Of a stretch of DNA of 64,000 nt, positions 12,778 to 24,546 are shown piece by piece. Numbering within the stretch: the first letter of the stretch is position 1; the number at the start of each line of letters is the position of its first letter. Location: positions 15,686,001-15,750,000 of the forward strand of contig NC_043017.1 in NCBI RefSeq assembly GCF_006345805.1, given 5' to 3'. Source of the DNA: Octopus sinensis (Eukaryota). A program made the translations under genes and the position numbers. Below the pieces are notes generated by a model. The model was not told the DNA's origin and made no database searches. It saw only the letters and a list, made by a program, of their open reading frames with translations.

Positions 12778-14514
12778 TTAATAATAATAGATTTAATCAT
12801 TTATCTGTCTGTCTGTCTGTACATCTCTCCTTCTTCCACACACACACTCGCTTTTCTATGTGTACATGTATGTGCATGTACATACATGTGTATGTGTGTG
12901 TGTGTCTGTGCGTGTGTATACTCACACGCGCACACACATATATATATACATATAAATGCACTTGCACACACATACACACATCCTATGGTTCGAGTTGTTA
13001 TTATAGAGATGATGGTGGCTATGGTGGTGTTCGCTGTTGTCGCTGAGATGGTAGTGGTAATAGTGTTTAGCCCCAGGTCACCCCTGACTGGTCAGACCTA
13101 TAATCAAAGACATTCCTGCCATGACCATTTCGTATTTTGCGTATCCAGTATTTCATTGGCCAATGTGTACAATATCATTTGAGGGACATTTGCCTGCTAT
13201 TTCTACAAAGTCAAGCAGCTGGATTCGAAGTTCGTTTGTTTTTAGAATTGGATCATAAACTACACACAAAGCTTTAAATAATGGCGTTTAAATACAGAAT
13301 AAAAACAACTTTTTGGCTAAAAGATGTCGAATACTGACCATGGGACTCGAATTGACATCTAGAAAAATGACAGACATTCTGCCATCCTACCAAAGCAATC
13401 CTTCAGATTTCTCTGTTTATTTTAGAAGTTTTATTTTTAGTAGCAAAAATTGTCGGTTGTTGACGTCATGAATTTAGACATATTTGAGAAAGCGTCGGGT
13501 AAACCGTTTTGAGGGAATTGGTTCTCAATGAACGATACGACGTCAACAACACACGTTTCTCGCTGATATGGATGTAGTATCTAAAATGGACGGAGAAATT
13601 CGAAGGATTGCTTTGGTCCAATGGTTGAACATCTGTCATATCTACAGATGTGGGTTCAAGTCCCATTGAATGCCTCCGACCTCTTTTTAACTAAAGGGGG
13701 GATTTTCGACCCAATATTTCCATGCTATTATTTATAGCTTTATTACGTGCTTCGAGATCCACTGCTCCAAAAAAGGATTATTCCACATTCTCTGGAAAGT
13801 TTGTAAATTCTTATGACCTCAACAATGTATGTGTTTGTCCTCACCTGCGTCGCTTGACAACTGCCGTTGGCTTGTTTGCATTCCCATAACTTACCGGTTC
13901 GGCAAAAGATAACGATTGAATAAGTACTCGGCTTAAAAAATAACTATCTGGTTGATTTGTTCGTCTGCGTGGCTACAGCCAATGACTGAAACGAGTAAAA
14001 AGATAGACGGTTATCATATATATATATATATATATTGAGCCTGGTCGCAGTTCATTTATTTTCGTTCAGCGTCTGGCGGTCGTCGTAGAGGTGCACTGTC
14101 TCAAAAACTATCATTCGTAGCCGACCTTCTCTCGACATCGTTCACAGGCGCCTGACTCAGGCTCAGAAGTTACTGCCCGGGTTGTTATCTATAATCGTAA
14201 AAATTAAAAGTAATTCAAATTCAATGTTTTCTTGAAACAAATCATTTCTATGGAGTTTAGTATTTAAATTCCAATCTATGAAAACTTTCCGTTCTACAAT
14301 ATTCTTAAAGAAACTCGAGCCAATACGAACGAGCCTGGTAGGTGTAAAAGACAAACTGGTATTTCTTGTGAATACTATACAGGCGGCAGCCAGGTCGTTG
14401 ATGTTTGTTGTGCACTCCGCTGTCGTTATTTGATTGTTGCTATTCTGTGCGTTTCTGTGTATTAAGATAAGCTGTGTTTTGCAGGGTTGCTTTATTTTAA
14501 TCCTTGCGGTCCGG

Positions 14515-14948
14515 ACAAGACCCACAGCATCTGCAGCCAAGCGGGACAAAATCTTGAAATCTGTCGGCCAACTACATTTTCCATCCCGAGACGTTTGGTG
14601 GGGTCGGACCACTAACTGCGAGATTTCTGTCTTCACTGGTATCTCGCCTTGCAAAGGAAACTGGTGAGGCCCGTGAGGGCGCTTGGCTGTTCCGGCGCAT
14701 CAGTCTCGCCATCACCCGCAGCAACGCTGCAAGAGTGCTGGTGTGCCTCAATAGCCATTAGAAAGGTTTCTCAGCACACCCAACTTTTCAACTCAAGGGG
14801 GTGAATTGTTTTGCTTTCTTTTCTTTTTTTCTTTTTTCTTTTTAATTTTTTTTTCATTTCTGTTCTCTGTTTTGTCCAGTTTTCTAGTTTTATTTTGTAA
14901 AACGGTAAACACTGTGAAGGCAATAAAAATTTGACTATCAAAAAAAAA
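14515..14948 (+). mobile_element. CRE-clade non-LTR retrotransposon 3' end (RLE C-terminus, U-rich 3' UTR, AATAAA, oligo-A)
   Basis: Frame 14567-14761 reads ANYIFHPETFGGVGPLTARFLSSLVSRLAKETGEAREGAWLFRRISLAITRSNAARVLVCLNSH*, matching the CRE motif ETxGxxG...LFQRISLAIQRGNA; AATAAA at 14922. Confidence 0.75.
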
Positions 14949-15442
14949 GGAAAAAAAATGTAATAATCACTTACAAATGGAGAAAGACATAGAGCTAGAT
15001 ATTAAGAAAAAGTCTTTTGGGGACAAGAAACAAAGCGGGAAAATGGGAAATTCTTCGAGCAGGCATGTCTTCTGTGAAACCTGTGATGAGCTCGAGTGAC
15101 ACTGATGACCTGAGTCGCCCCTGATGTATAATATATATATATACTATATATATAATATATATATAATTAATAAGGGTGATATAATTTAGATGCTAATTTA
15201 ATAGTGATATCTATTCACACCAAGTGGCCTAGTGCTCCGAGAAACCTGGATTATTATAATATTATATAATATATTATAATATTTTTACAAAATAAATATA
15301 AGAGAGTGGTCACTATATGGCTCACTCTAGCACCAGTTAATCCAAAAGGTTTCAACCACAAAAATACATGTTTCCCATGAAAGTCAGTACGATTGTTAGC
15401 TCACACGGACAGGGCAAATAAAAAATAACAAAAATACAGATT

Positions 15443-15526
15443 ATTTTGGGACAATTGTTTCGCTATTAATGAATTAAATGTAATTTTACTTACAAAAAAA
15501 TCCACTTGTAGCTCGTCAGCCAAAAC
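15443..15526 (-). ncRNA. minimal type I hammerhead ribozyme (inverted copy)
   Basis: Reverse complement of 15885-15968. Confidence 0.8.
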
Positions 15527-15884
15527 TATCTGGATGAAATCCACTCAATCACACGCCAGATTGTGACCACTCTCTTATATTTATTTTGTAAAAATATTAT
15601 AATATATTATATAATATTATAATAATCCAGGTTTCTCGGAGCACTAGGCCACTTGGTGTTGAATAGATATACTATTAAATTAGCATCTAATTCTCTCACC
15701 CTTATTAATTAATTATAATTATGCTGCATTTATTTCTAAATGCTGTACTTGTTTTCCGTGAGAGTTTGGCGCGCTGTTAGTTGGGGCATTTGAATTATAA
15801 CGTCGGATGTAATCAATTGAACCACACGCGTATTTATCGTTATGGTAAAATCTGGCGTGTGATTGAGTGGATTTCATCCAGATA

Positions 15885-15968
15885 GTTTTGGCTGACGAGC
15901 TACAAGTGGATTTTTTTGTAAGTAAAATTACATTTAATTCATTAATAGCGAAACAATTGTCCCAAAAT
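15885..15968 (+). ncRNA. minimal type I hammerhead ribozyme
   Basis: Stem I gttttgg/ccaaaat, core CTGACGA, stem II gcta/tagc, GAAA, palindromic stem III caattg, GUC cleavage after 15961. Confidence 0.8.
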
Positions 15969-16686
15969 AATCTGTATTTTTGTTATTTTTTATTTGCCCT
16001 GTCCGTGTGAGCTAACAATCGTACTGACTTTCATGGGAAACATGTATTTTTGTGGTTGAAACCTTTTGGATTAACTGGTGCTAGAGTGAGCCATATAGTG
16101 ACCACTCTCTTATATTTATTTATTATATATATATATATATATTATATATTATATATATATATATATATCCGTAATAATGAAGGGTGAAATTAATTAATTT
16201 GGAATAATTATCAATTAAACCAAGTAGTCTTATATATTATATATATATGCATGTAAATATGCTTCTGGTAGTGAGGAGCGGGGTTAATATACGTCTTCTC
16301 GTGCGTATGTAAGCACGCGCCTCCGCTATCCTGCACACACGCAATCTTCGAAAGGTTAAATACAGAGTTTCCTCCCTTTATCACTATTAACTAGTTTTCT
16401 ACTTTTTTGTTAACGCAAGCACACACACACACGCACGGAAACCGCACACACACACACATACTCTCTCTCTCTCATATCGTTATGTGACTCTATTTGTGTG
16501 TGTGCGTGCTCGCGTGCACACATACACACACACACACACACACATATATTTGCAAAAAAAATTAACCCGAAATATAACAAAATGTTTCAACACACGGTTT
16601 CACATCAGATATCTTGCAAAACAAATACATAAATGTGTATGTATATATATGTAAGAATATGTATAGTGTGTGTATGTATGTATATA

Positions 16687-16735
<49 letters not shown>

Positions 16736-16817
16736 AGGTCCCGGGTTGATCCGGGGTTAACCACAGTAAGTAAGGTACTCAATACATACAGAGTAAAATA
16801 ATTATTATATAGAAGGA

Positions 16818-16866
16818 GCTTCTACAGGACTAGTACTGTTTCATTCAAGAGAAATCTTCAGGAAGC
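16818..16866 (-). ncRNA. hammerhead ribozyme remnant in a PLE-like fragment
   Basis: Minus strand gcttc CTGAAGA t-ttc-tctt-gaa-t GAAA cagtactag TC ctgtagaagc. The core is intact, but stem I is shifted by an apparent 5-nt deletion. Confidence 0.55.
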
Positions 16867-17015
16867 ATATATATATCTATATATATATACATATATATAT
16901 ATATGTAAGTATGCATGTATGTATATAAAGTTAATCCAAACAAGAAAACAAAAAGACAACAACGCAAGGATGTGGAACAAATAAAGTATTATTGGACGCT
17001 CAGGAAAGAAGGGAA

Positions 17016-17050
17016 GTTTAACGTTTCGAGCGGAGCTCTTCGTCGGAAAC
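17016..17050 (-). ncRNA. minimal hammerhead ribozyme (CCGACGA variant)
   Basis: Minus strand gttt CCGACGA a gagc-tcc-gctc GAAA cg TT aaac; palindromic AACGTT replaces helix III. Confidence 0.65.
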
Positions 17051-17371
17051 ATAGGAGAAGGAAAGATCCAGAGAAGGGAAGACAGAGGGGAAAAATCGCC
17101 GGTGGTATTCACGAGTTCACATACTAAAAAGACGGAAGTGGTAAAAATGGAGGAAAATATTTTTAAAAACAAGAGAGCTATATCAAAGAAGGATGTAAAA
17201 AAGGTGTGCTAGATGACAAGTGTGTGTGTGTGAGTGTGTGCGTGTTGTGCGTGTGTGTGTGTGTGTATGGTGGACAATGGCTAGTAGCAGGCAATAGTAG
17301 AATTAAGGGTGTGTGGGGGTACCCTAGCAAGTCAGAAAGGCAGGTCAAAAAGGGGTATGTGTAGGTATGTA

Positions 17372-17452
<81 letters not shown>

Positions 17453-17454
<2 letters not shown>

Positions 17455-17589
17455 ACAATTTAGGAGTGACCCTACAGGTCATTCGTCCACCAGAAAGCAG
17501 CAGCATAATAACTCACACCGCCAAGTAGTAGTAATTCAGAAATTAGGTGAAAATTTAAAAACGACCTGTTAGGTCACTCCTAATTGTTA
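17453..17589. mobile_element. MITE-like fold-back element in (TA)n
   Basis: Terminal inverted repeats taacaatttaggagtgaccctacaggtc / gacctgttaggtcactcctaattgtta. Confidence 0.6.
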
Positions 17590-17682
17590 TATATATTATA
17601 TGTAGTCGTTGACTATTTTCTCTTTTCCACCAGGCCGCTGGTAGCGATAATTTCTATTGAATTTTTTTGCTACCCTAATTGA

Positions 17683-17731
<49 letters not shown>

Positions 17732-17887
17732 TATATATATGTATGTATATATATGTATATATATATATATATGTATGTATATGTATTATGTATATATATA
17801 TATATTATGTATATATATGTATGTGTGTTGTATATATATATATTATATATATCAGAGGCGACTCCAGGTCATCAGCGTAATATATAT

Positions 17888-18035
17888 AGGCGCAGGCGTA
17901 ACTGTGTGGTACAAAGCTTGGTTTCGGGTTTAATCCCACAGCATGGCACCTTGTGCAGATGTCTTCTACTTTAGCCTCTGACCGACCAAACCCTTGTGAG
18001 TAGATTTGGTTGACGTATATATAAGTCCGTCGTAT
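17888..18035 (+). mobile_element. CORE-type SINE 5' half
   Basis: ggcgcaggcg...ggtttaatcccacagcatggcaccttgtgcagatgtcttctac matches the family head. Confidence 0.7.
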
Positions 18036-18075
18036 ATATGTATACATACATACATATATATGTATTTATGTATTG

Positions 18076-18269
18076 GAAGGTTTGGAGATGATGTATAGGT
18101 ATTTTATATTAGAAGAAATGAGGTACTCAGAAATTCGGATGGTTTTATATTTACAGATATTTATTTGTATATGTTTTTATACATCATATAACTTATATCA
18201 TGTATTAGCGCTTTCGTCCATTCTGTAAATATAAAACCATCCGATTTTCTGAGTACCTCATTTCTTCTC
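18076..18269 (-). mobile_element. PLE-derived palindromic element, centrally deleted copy of 48031-48345
   Basis: Near-identical to the reverse complement of 48031-48345, with the centre deleted at tctg microhomology. Confidence 0.8.
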
Positions 18270-18286
18270 ATATGTATTTATGTATA

Positions 18287-18810
18287 CACACAGGATGCGC
18301 CGAATAAATTGTCGTCTAAATTACACGCAAATGAAGATAACAGTGACGTCCCGTTTTATAAGATATGCTTACCAAAATTTCATAAAGTATCTTGAAATAC
18401 TAAAGAGAAAATTTATTCAATAAATTGGCCATTGGCTTCAACCACGGCCTCCAGACGACTTCCGAATCTCCTGCAACTCTTCTGGTCGGTCACCTGGTTT
18501 AAGTTGGTGAATGCTGCCATAATCCTTGCCTCCAGTTCATCTTTGGTGTTACCAGGAGTTTTCTTGGCCTCTCGCTCAACTGCACGCTACACATAGGGAG
18601 GTTGCAGTCTGGGGAGTTAGATGGCCAGATGTTAAGGGTGATGTGGTCGCAGAAATTGTCTGACAGCCATGACTGGGTTCTCCTGCTTGTGTGGCATGGT
18701 GCAGAGTCCTGTTGCCAGACATAGAGTCTTCCAGCAGCCATCCACTTGACCCAGGGCAGCACTACCTCCTCCAGGCACTTGATGTCGGCCTCTGAGTTGT
18801 GTCAGAGGCC
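18287..18810 (-). mobile_element. Tc1/mariner-superfamily (maT/DD37D-like) transposon, 3' part
   Basis: WQQDSAPCHTSRRTQSWLSDNF...IWPSNSPDCN; TIR-like end caggatgcgccgaataaattg. Confidence 0.8.
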
Positions 18811-18990
18811 TACATGTGGGAAGATGAATGGAGGCATAACATTGCCGTCACTAGTGATCACTCCAAACACCATGATGATGATTGGCTGTTGGATATTGGA
18901 ACTTCCGGTGCAAATGCCAAGCAGTACAGCATGACGCTTCCAAATTCCTCGCGTTGTTGTGTTTTCTCTTTGTGCTTCATGTTTGGATTA

Positions 18991-19169
<179 letters not shown>

Positions 19170-19395
19170 TAATGGCCGTCCGCTCGTGACCGAAGAAGAC
19201 CATTGCTGACCTTCAGGAACATTGTGCGCTCTAGGACTAACCTATATATCGTATTTGCGGCTCGTTGGTGGCTAATGAGCCATGCTCTTGACAAGCATAC
19301 ACGACTGCAAACATTGCAAACCAAGCTTGCCCCGTTCACTACACGAGCAGTGCGCTTTCGAGCAACGCGCTTAAATTCTTCATGCACAATACGTG
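19170..19395 (-). mobile_element. RTE LINE 3' end
   Basis: HEEFKRVARKRTARVVNGASLVCNVCSRVCLSRAWLISHQR is the RTE C-terminal CxxCxRxCxSRxGLxSH motif; ends at (TATC)n. Confidence 0.75.
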
Positions 19396-19398
19396 CTT

Positions 19399-19435
<37 letters not shown>

Positions 19436-19589
19436 ATATATAATACGTGCATGTGTGTGTGTGTGTGTGTGTGTGTTGTGTGTGTGTGTGTGTGTGTGTG
19501 TACACTGCAAGAAAAATTTCATGCTATTCGCCCTCACCTCGCAAATTCTCCGTAACCAGATTACATTAGACCTGGCAACTTTGCCGTTC

Positions 19590-20040
19590 TAGAATCACAA
19601 TGATCTCGGGTTAAATATGAGTAATCATGCATCGTTGTATGTATTCATTCCTGCTTTACCAAATTGGCAACGATGTACAAAGGGTTGAAAGGATGGATTC
19701 TGAGATCATTCAGTATGAAAGACGGAGAAATTATGATGTCTGTTTTTGGAGAACCTTTCTCCTTGCCAACAGGAAATCAGTCCACAGCCATGGTCACCAA
19801 TCGGTGTTAAGCTAACACCAAATCTAGAAGCAGTCCAATGATATTTCATGAAGAATATTACCTCAATGTATCACCTAAACTACTGAGAGAGATTGAAAAC
19901 ATTCACATTCTCTTCCCTGGGAAGAAGGCGGGAAACATGCCGTGGAAAGATCATTGAAGGGATTACATCAAGCTTTAGTCTCAGCGGCGTTGAATGGGAT
20001 GAGCAGGTTATGCAAATCGCTTTATGTGGCTTCTGAAATT
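19590..20040 (+). pseudogene. CR1 LINE ORF2 C-terminal fragment
   Basis: DLGLNMS...GWILRSFS...WRTF...WSP...LEAVQ...ERLK; homologous to 26440-27050. Confidence 0.7.
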
Positions 20041-20059
20041 GCGTGTTTGCTTGAGTCGA

Positions 20060-20330
20060 AGGTATATTACGTTTAAGGAACTCGTGAGGCTAATTACTGC
20101 AAGGTGGACAAACTTCACGATTCGGAACTGTTCGATATTGTGGCCTTAATCAATTTCCCGAACTAGATGCCATTGCATAGTCACAAAAGTTCCATCCTCC
20201 TCATCGAAAGACAGTTCTTCTTTAGTTACAGACAGCTCTTTAATATTCAGAGATATAATCGTCAATACTGGCCTCTCTTCTTGCTGGACATCGTTATGTT
20301 TCAATAGTTTCCAAGTGTTTGGTGGAATTC
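20060..20330 (-). pseudogene. possible piggyBac/PGBD-like transposase remnant
   Basis: RPVLTIISLNIKELSVTKEELSFDE and, in another frame, AMASSSG resemble the piggyBac first-D region; highly decayed. Confidence 0.3.
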
Positions 20331-23300
20331 GTATGTAATACAAAGTATTACTCGACAAAGATCATGAGGGGAACGCTTCTAACTGGATCCCCATGACTAG
20401 TAATGAACGCCACCTCATCCATGGACGTCAACGAATGAATTCAAGAAGTTTCTTCAGCTATGTCCAACCACTAACAACATCTTGGAAAGAAACCAAACGC
20501 TATCTCCGGATAAAAAACATAAGAACAATCTTCCTCCAGTTGACATGGGAATAATTTCAGAAGCGCCATGGATTCAGCAGAAAACGCTCAAATTGCTCGA
20601 AAACGAGGACAGGACGATCAAAAGTTGTTCTGGTTGTCTATGGCAACAAAACCGGCCTAGCCCCTTGTGACTGTGGAGATACAAACCAAAACTATACTAT
20701 AGAGCACTGCTTCATCCTCTACCAAGCAAAGCAATCCTTGTAAAAAAATACGAAGTGTGTGTAAAGTAACAGGAAACTGTTATATAACCATTAATGTAAC
20801 TTAGCGCATGCGTGCACCTCATGGACCCTGATTGACGCACACCACATAAGACCCGACTGTCAGGTAGCCTTGGTCGATAGTAAATTCATCATAGGTAAAA
20901 TCCATCGTATAATAGCTCGATTCACTGCTTGGTAAATTACATGTCCAGACAAAAAAAAAATAAATAATGGGAAACTGTTAATATAACAATTAATGATGCT
21001 TCGAAGAATCGAAGCAAGAAGAATGAAGGGGAAATAGTTTGTGGAACAAAGTCAAGATAACGGATTGGAACAATATTGGAAGATAAAACAATTGAAAGGA
21101 GAAAATCAAATGTCAGGACCATTGCAACAGAGTTTGTTGCATGTCTCTACAAGCAGTAGCTTAAAACATGCGTTTTTGATCACAGAGTAGGTTCAAACGA
21201 CATTGTTAAGTTTACAGCTCTATTCGGTCTGTGACTGGCTGAATAAACCAGCGCCCTCTAACAGGCGCTCTCTCCTACGTCCGATTGTCACTGACATAAT
21301 GTAGCTACCGCCATGCTTAAATTGAGTTCCTTGAGTTCCTTGAGTTCCTTGTTCGCTTCTTGGCCTCTCTCCCACGAGAACATCCTTCTTCCACGTGCGT
21401 CGGCAGCATAGACCAAACTCAATGCCGTCATCTCTCCATGCTTACGAGAAACACTGCTATCCAGTCTCTTTCTATAGACACAAAGCGCAACTAATGTCTT
21501 CGCGCATTCATTCATTCGCCGCCATCACACTACACACACCTCTGTAAACATAAACATTGCCCTTCACCCACACTACTGTGAATGAACTTTACTACCAGCC
21601 ACCGTCCAGTTTGTCCATCCACCTCTGCATACCAACCACCGTTGAAGTCCGTCTGTCTTTGTATATCGCCCACACAGCCAACGAACTCAGTCGGCGACGT
21701 CTGTCTGCCACACACTGCTATCAACAACTGCCGTTGCTCACATTGTTATCTTCAGTCAACAATCCGACGTGAGAACAACTTTTGTTGAACTAATAACCAG
21801 CGTTCAGGTGGTGGTAGCAGCAAACCCCCCCCCACTGCTGACCTCACAACCTTATATTCATAGAGCAATCATCCTCGCGAAAGGTTCAAACGTCCAAAGA
21901 TATATTTGTGTGGATAGATGGGCGTTGTAGAAAACCTTGCTTCAAATCTGTTCTGCAAGCGATCTCTGGCTTTCATGTCTATCCTTCTTTCTTTCTATTT
22001 TCCTTTCTTTCTCTGTTTCCTTCTTTCTACTTTCTTTCTTCTTTTCTTTTTCTCTCTCTCCTCTTTCTTTCCTTTCCTTCTTCCTCTTCTTTGTTGCCAT
22101 CTTAACAACCGCAAACATTTAGAGAGTTTCACGTACATTGAGACACAACTGTTTCTCATTATATAGAATATAAAATTTAACCTCATTCCACATTTGCACT
22201 TCGCCACTTTTTTTTGTCCTGCGTGACCCCAGATTCGAAGTTAAACAGACGTCAGACCCTCTCACAGTGGCGACCAGGAAGACAATAAAGAGTTCGCTTG
22301 CGACAGTAAAGTACCGTATTTCTGTCGTTTCCTTCCTCATGAAGTACACAAAGTGGAATGTGGTTTAGTATAAGCTGGAGAATTTGCACGCCTTTTCTTG
22401 CTCCCTGCGACCACAATCTCCGTTAGCTACCCTTCCCTGTGTAAGAGATGCTGACTTCGGCAGCCATATTGAAGTGCATCTTTGTCGTTGTAAAGACACG
22501 TGACTAGGAAAATTTACATTTTAAAAGAAGATACGACAAAAAATGCAATAGGAGTCAACGACAATATATGTGCGTGCGTTTGTGTGCGTGTGTACGAATG
22601 CATGTGTGTGTAATAATACAGGGTTCTTTACATTCATGTATAGAAGCCATTATTTCAGCCTATTTTCTGTGTCCCTCTGTAAAAAACAAACCATTTTGAA
22701 CGGAGAATGGAGCCATGGATTTACAAATTTGACTTATGGCAGACTTTAATTTCGGATGATTACCTTGATTCCATTTCCAATTACATAGCCTGTCTGTTAG
22801 CAACATATTTCTATCCACAGAGAAAAAAAGTGACATAAACCTCACCATTAAAGAAGCCGACAAAGAAAGTGCGGTAGTAGTGATGGATACAGAGTACTAC
22901 AAAAATGTAATGCTTACCACGTTGGAAAATAATACTTACTATGAGATAATTAATACATTACAACCCACAGAAAACACTGAAAAACTTATCCTCCTTGCTC
23001 CAAATTCATGGAAAGGGTCTTACAACACATGAATACCCAATTTTAAATACAGTCCTAGTCTATTCTACGGATTACCCAAAATACATAAAAATCCACACAT
23101 TTGTGAAGCCTGCAAAATCTCTACAAGCCTATGCATTAATGTCCCTCCCCCTACTGACCTCAAACTGAGACCCATCATAGCTGGCCCTTCTTGTGAAACC
23201 CACCATTTGAGCAACTTCCTCGACATATTACTCAAACCTTTTTTAAATTATGTGAAAAGCTTTATCAGGGATGACCTAGACATGCTGAACCACCTCCCGG

Positions 23301-23737
23301 AGACAGTAAAGGAAGGAACTCTACTGGTGTCTTTCGATGTGGTGAATCTATACACCAATATCCCACACGACTATGGTATTGAAGCAATCACATTCCGGCT
23401 AGAAAAATACCCAGAAGCGATCCCTGGACGCATTAACCACAGTTTTATAATTGAAGCACTCAAATTCATCCTGCTGAACAATTTTTTCATGTTCGATACA
23501 ACCTACTATCGACAAAAATGTGGAATTGCAATGGGAACCAGAGCTGCTCCATTGATTGCAAACCTTGTAATGAGTTACCTAGAACTCAAGTTATACCAAT
23601 CATCACTAGAAAAATATGGCGCCTCTTTTAATTTCTATTTAAAGGAGAACTGGAAGAGATATTTGGATGATTGCTTCATACTTTGAAAAGACAGTATGGA
23701 TAAACTCTTTGATTTCAAAATAATGCTTAGTACCCTT

Positions 23738-24546
23738 TGTTAGGAAATCTGTCATCACTACTCCGTCCTGGTCCCAGAAGACTGTGAGCATGACCTTGCC
23801 AGTGGAGGGCTGCACCCTTGCCTACTTTGGAGGAGGTGAATCACGGTTCTTCCACTGCATTGACTAGGATTTGGTCTCTGGATCATAGTGATAGGCCCAG
23901 GTTTCCTCCTGTGTAATCAGTCTTTTGAAAAATTTTGAATCATCTTCTTGGCACATCTCCAAATTCATCCTCGAGCACGCGACGCGTTTTTGCTTCTGGA
24001 AAGATGTGAGCAACCTGGGAATCCATCTGGCAGACACCTTTTACATATGCAAATGGTCATGAATGATAGTTTCCACAAACCCGGTACTAATCTTGACTTC
24101 ATGGGCTATTTAGCGAATAGTTATGCGTCGATCTTCCAAAATAGCAGCCTCAACTTGACGGACAGATGCCTCATCAATAGCAGAAGGGGGGCGACCAGAT
24201 CTGGGAGCTGTTTCCACAAAGTTCCGACCATGTTTTAATTCACGATGCCAGCGTTTTACAAGGTCATATGATGGGGCATCATCACCATAAGTTACTTTCA
24301 TTTCATCAAAAGTCTCCCGTGGTGTGCGTTCTTTCAAATACAAAAACCGGATCACTGCTCGACACACAACAAGCTCCATTTCACACCTGACTCAGTTCAA
24401 ACACTTGTAAATCAGAAACCACAATTGGTTCAGAGCTGTAATTTGCCACTTAATCTCTAGCAATATGAATAAGTGCACATGCAAAATTTCAGCTAGATCA
24501 AACAAGTGCGAGAGGGTCAGGAGCATTACTTATTGAACACCCCTCG
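23738..24546 (-). mobile_element. mariner transposon 5' half inserted into the PLE RT
   Basis: TIR (ta)cgaggggtgttcaataa at 24546; HTH ORF MELVVCRAVIRFLYLK...APRSGRP; breaks off at VMLTVFWDQDGVVMTDFL. Confidence 0.9.

Larger units (their letters stand above)
15163..16121 (+). mobile_element. PLE pseudo-LTR or retrozyme-like element with inverted 5' segment
   Basis: 15163-15313 is the reverse complement of about 15563-15713, and 15314-15562 of 15849-16097; flanked by (TA)n; carries hammerheads. Confidence 0.75.

Noticed and set aside
13605-13680. Functional tRNA gene
   Set aside because: The acceptor stem does not pair and the anticodon loop (catatct) is non-canonical; treated as a SINE-like head.
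14163-14654. 163-aa minus-strand ORF
   Set aside because: No recognisable motif, and it is partly antisense to the CRE fragment.
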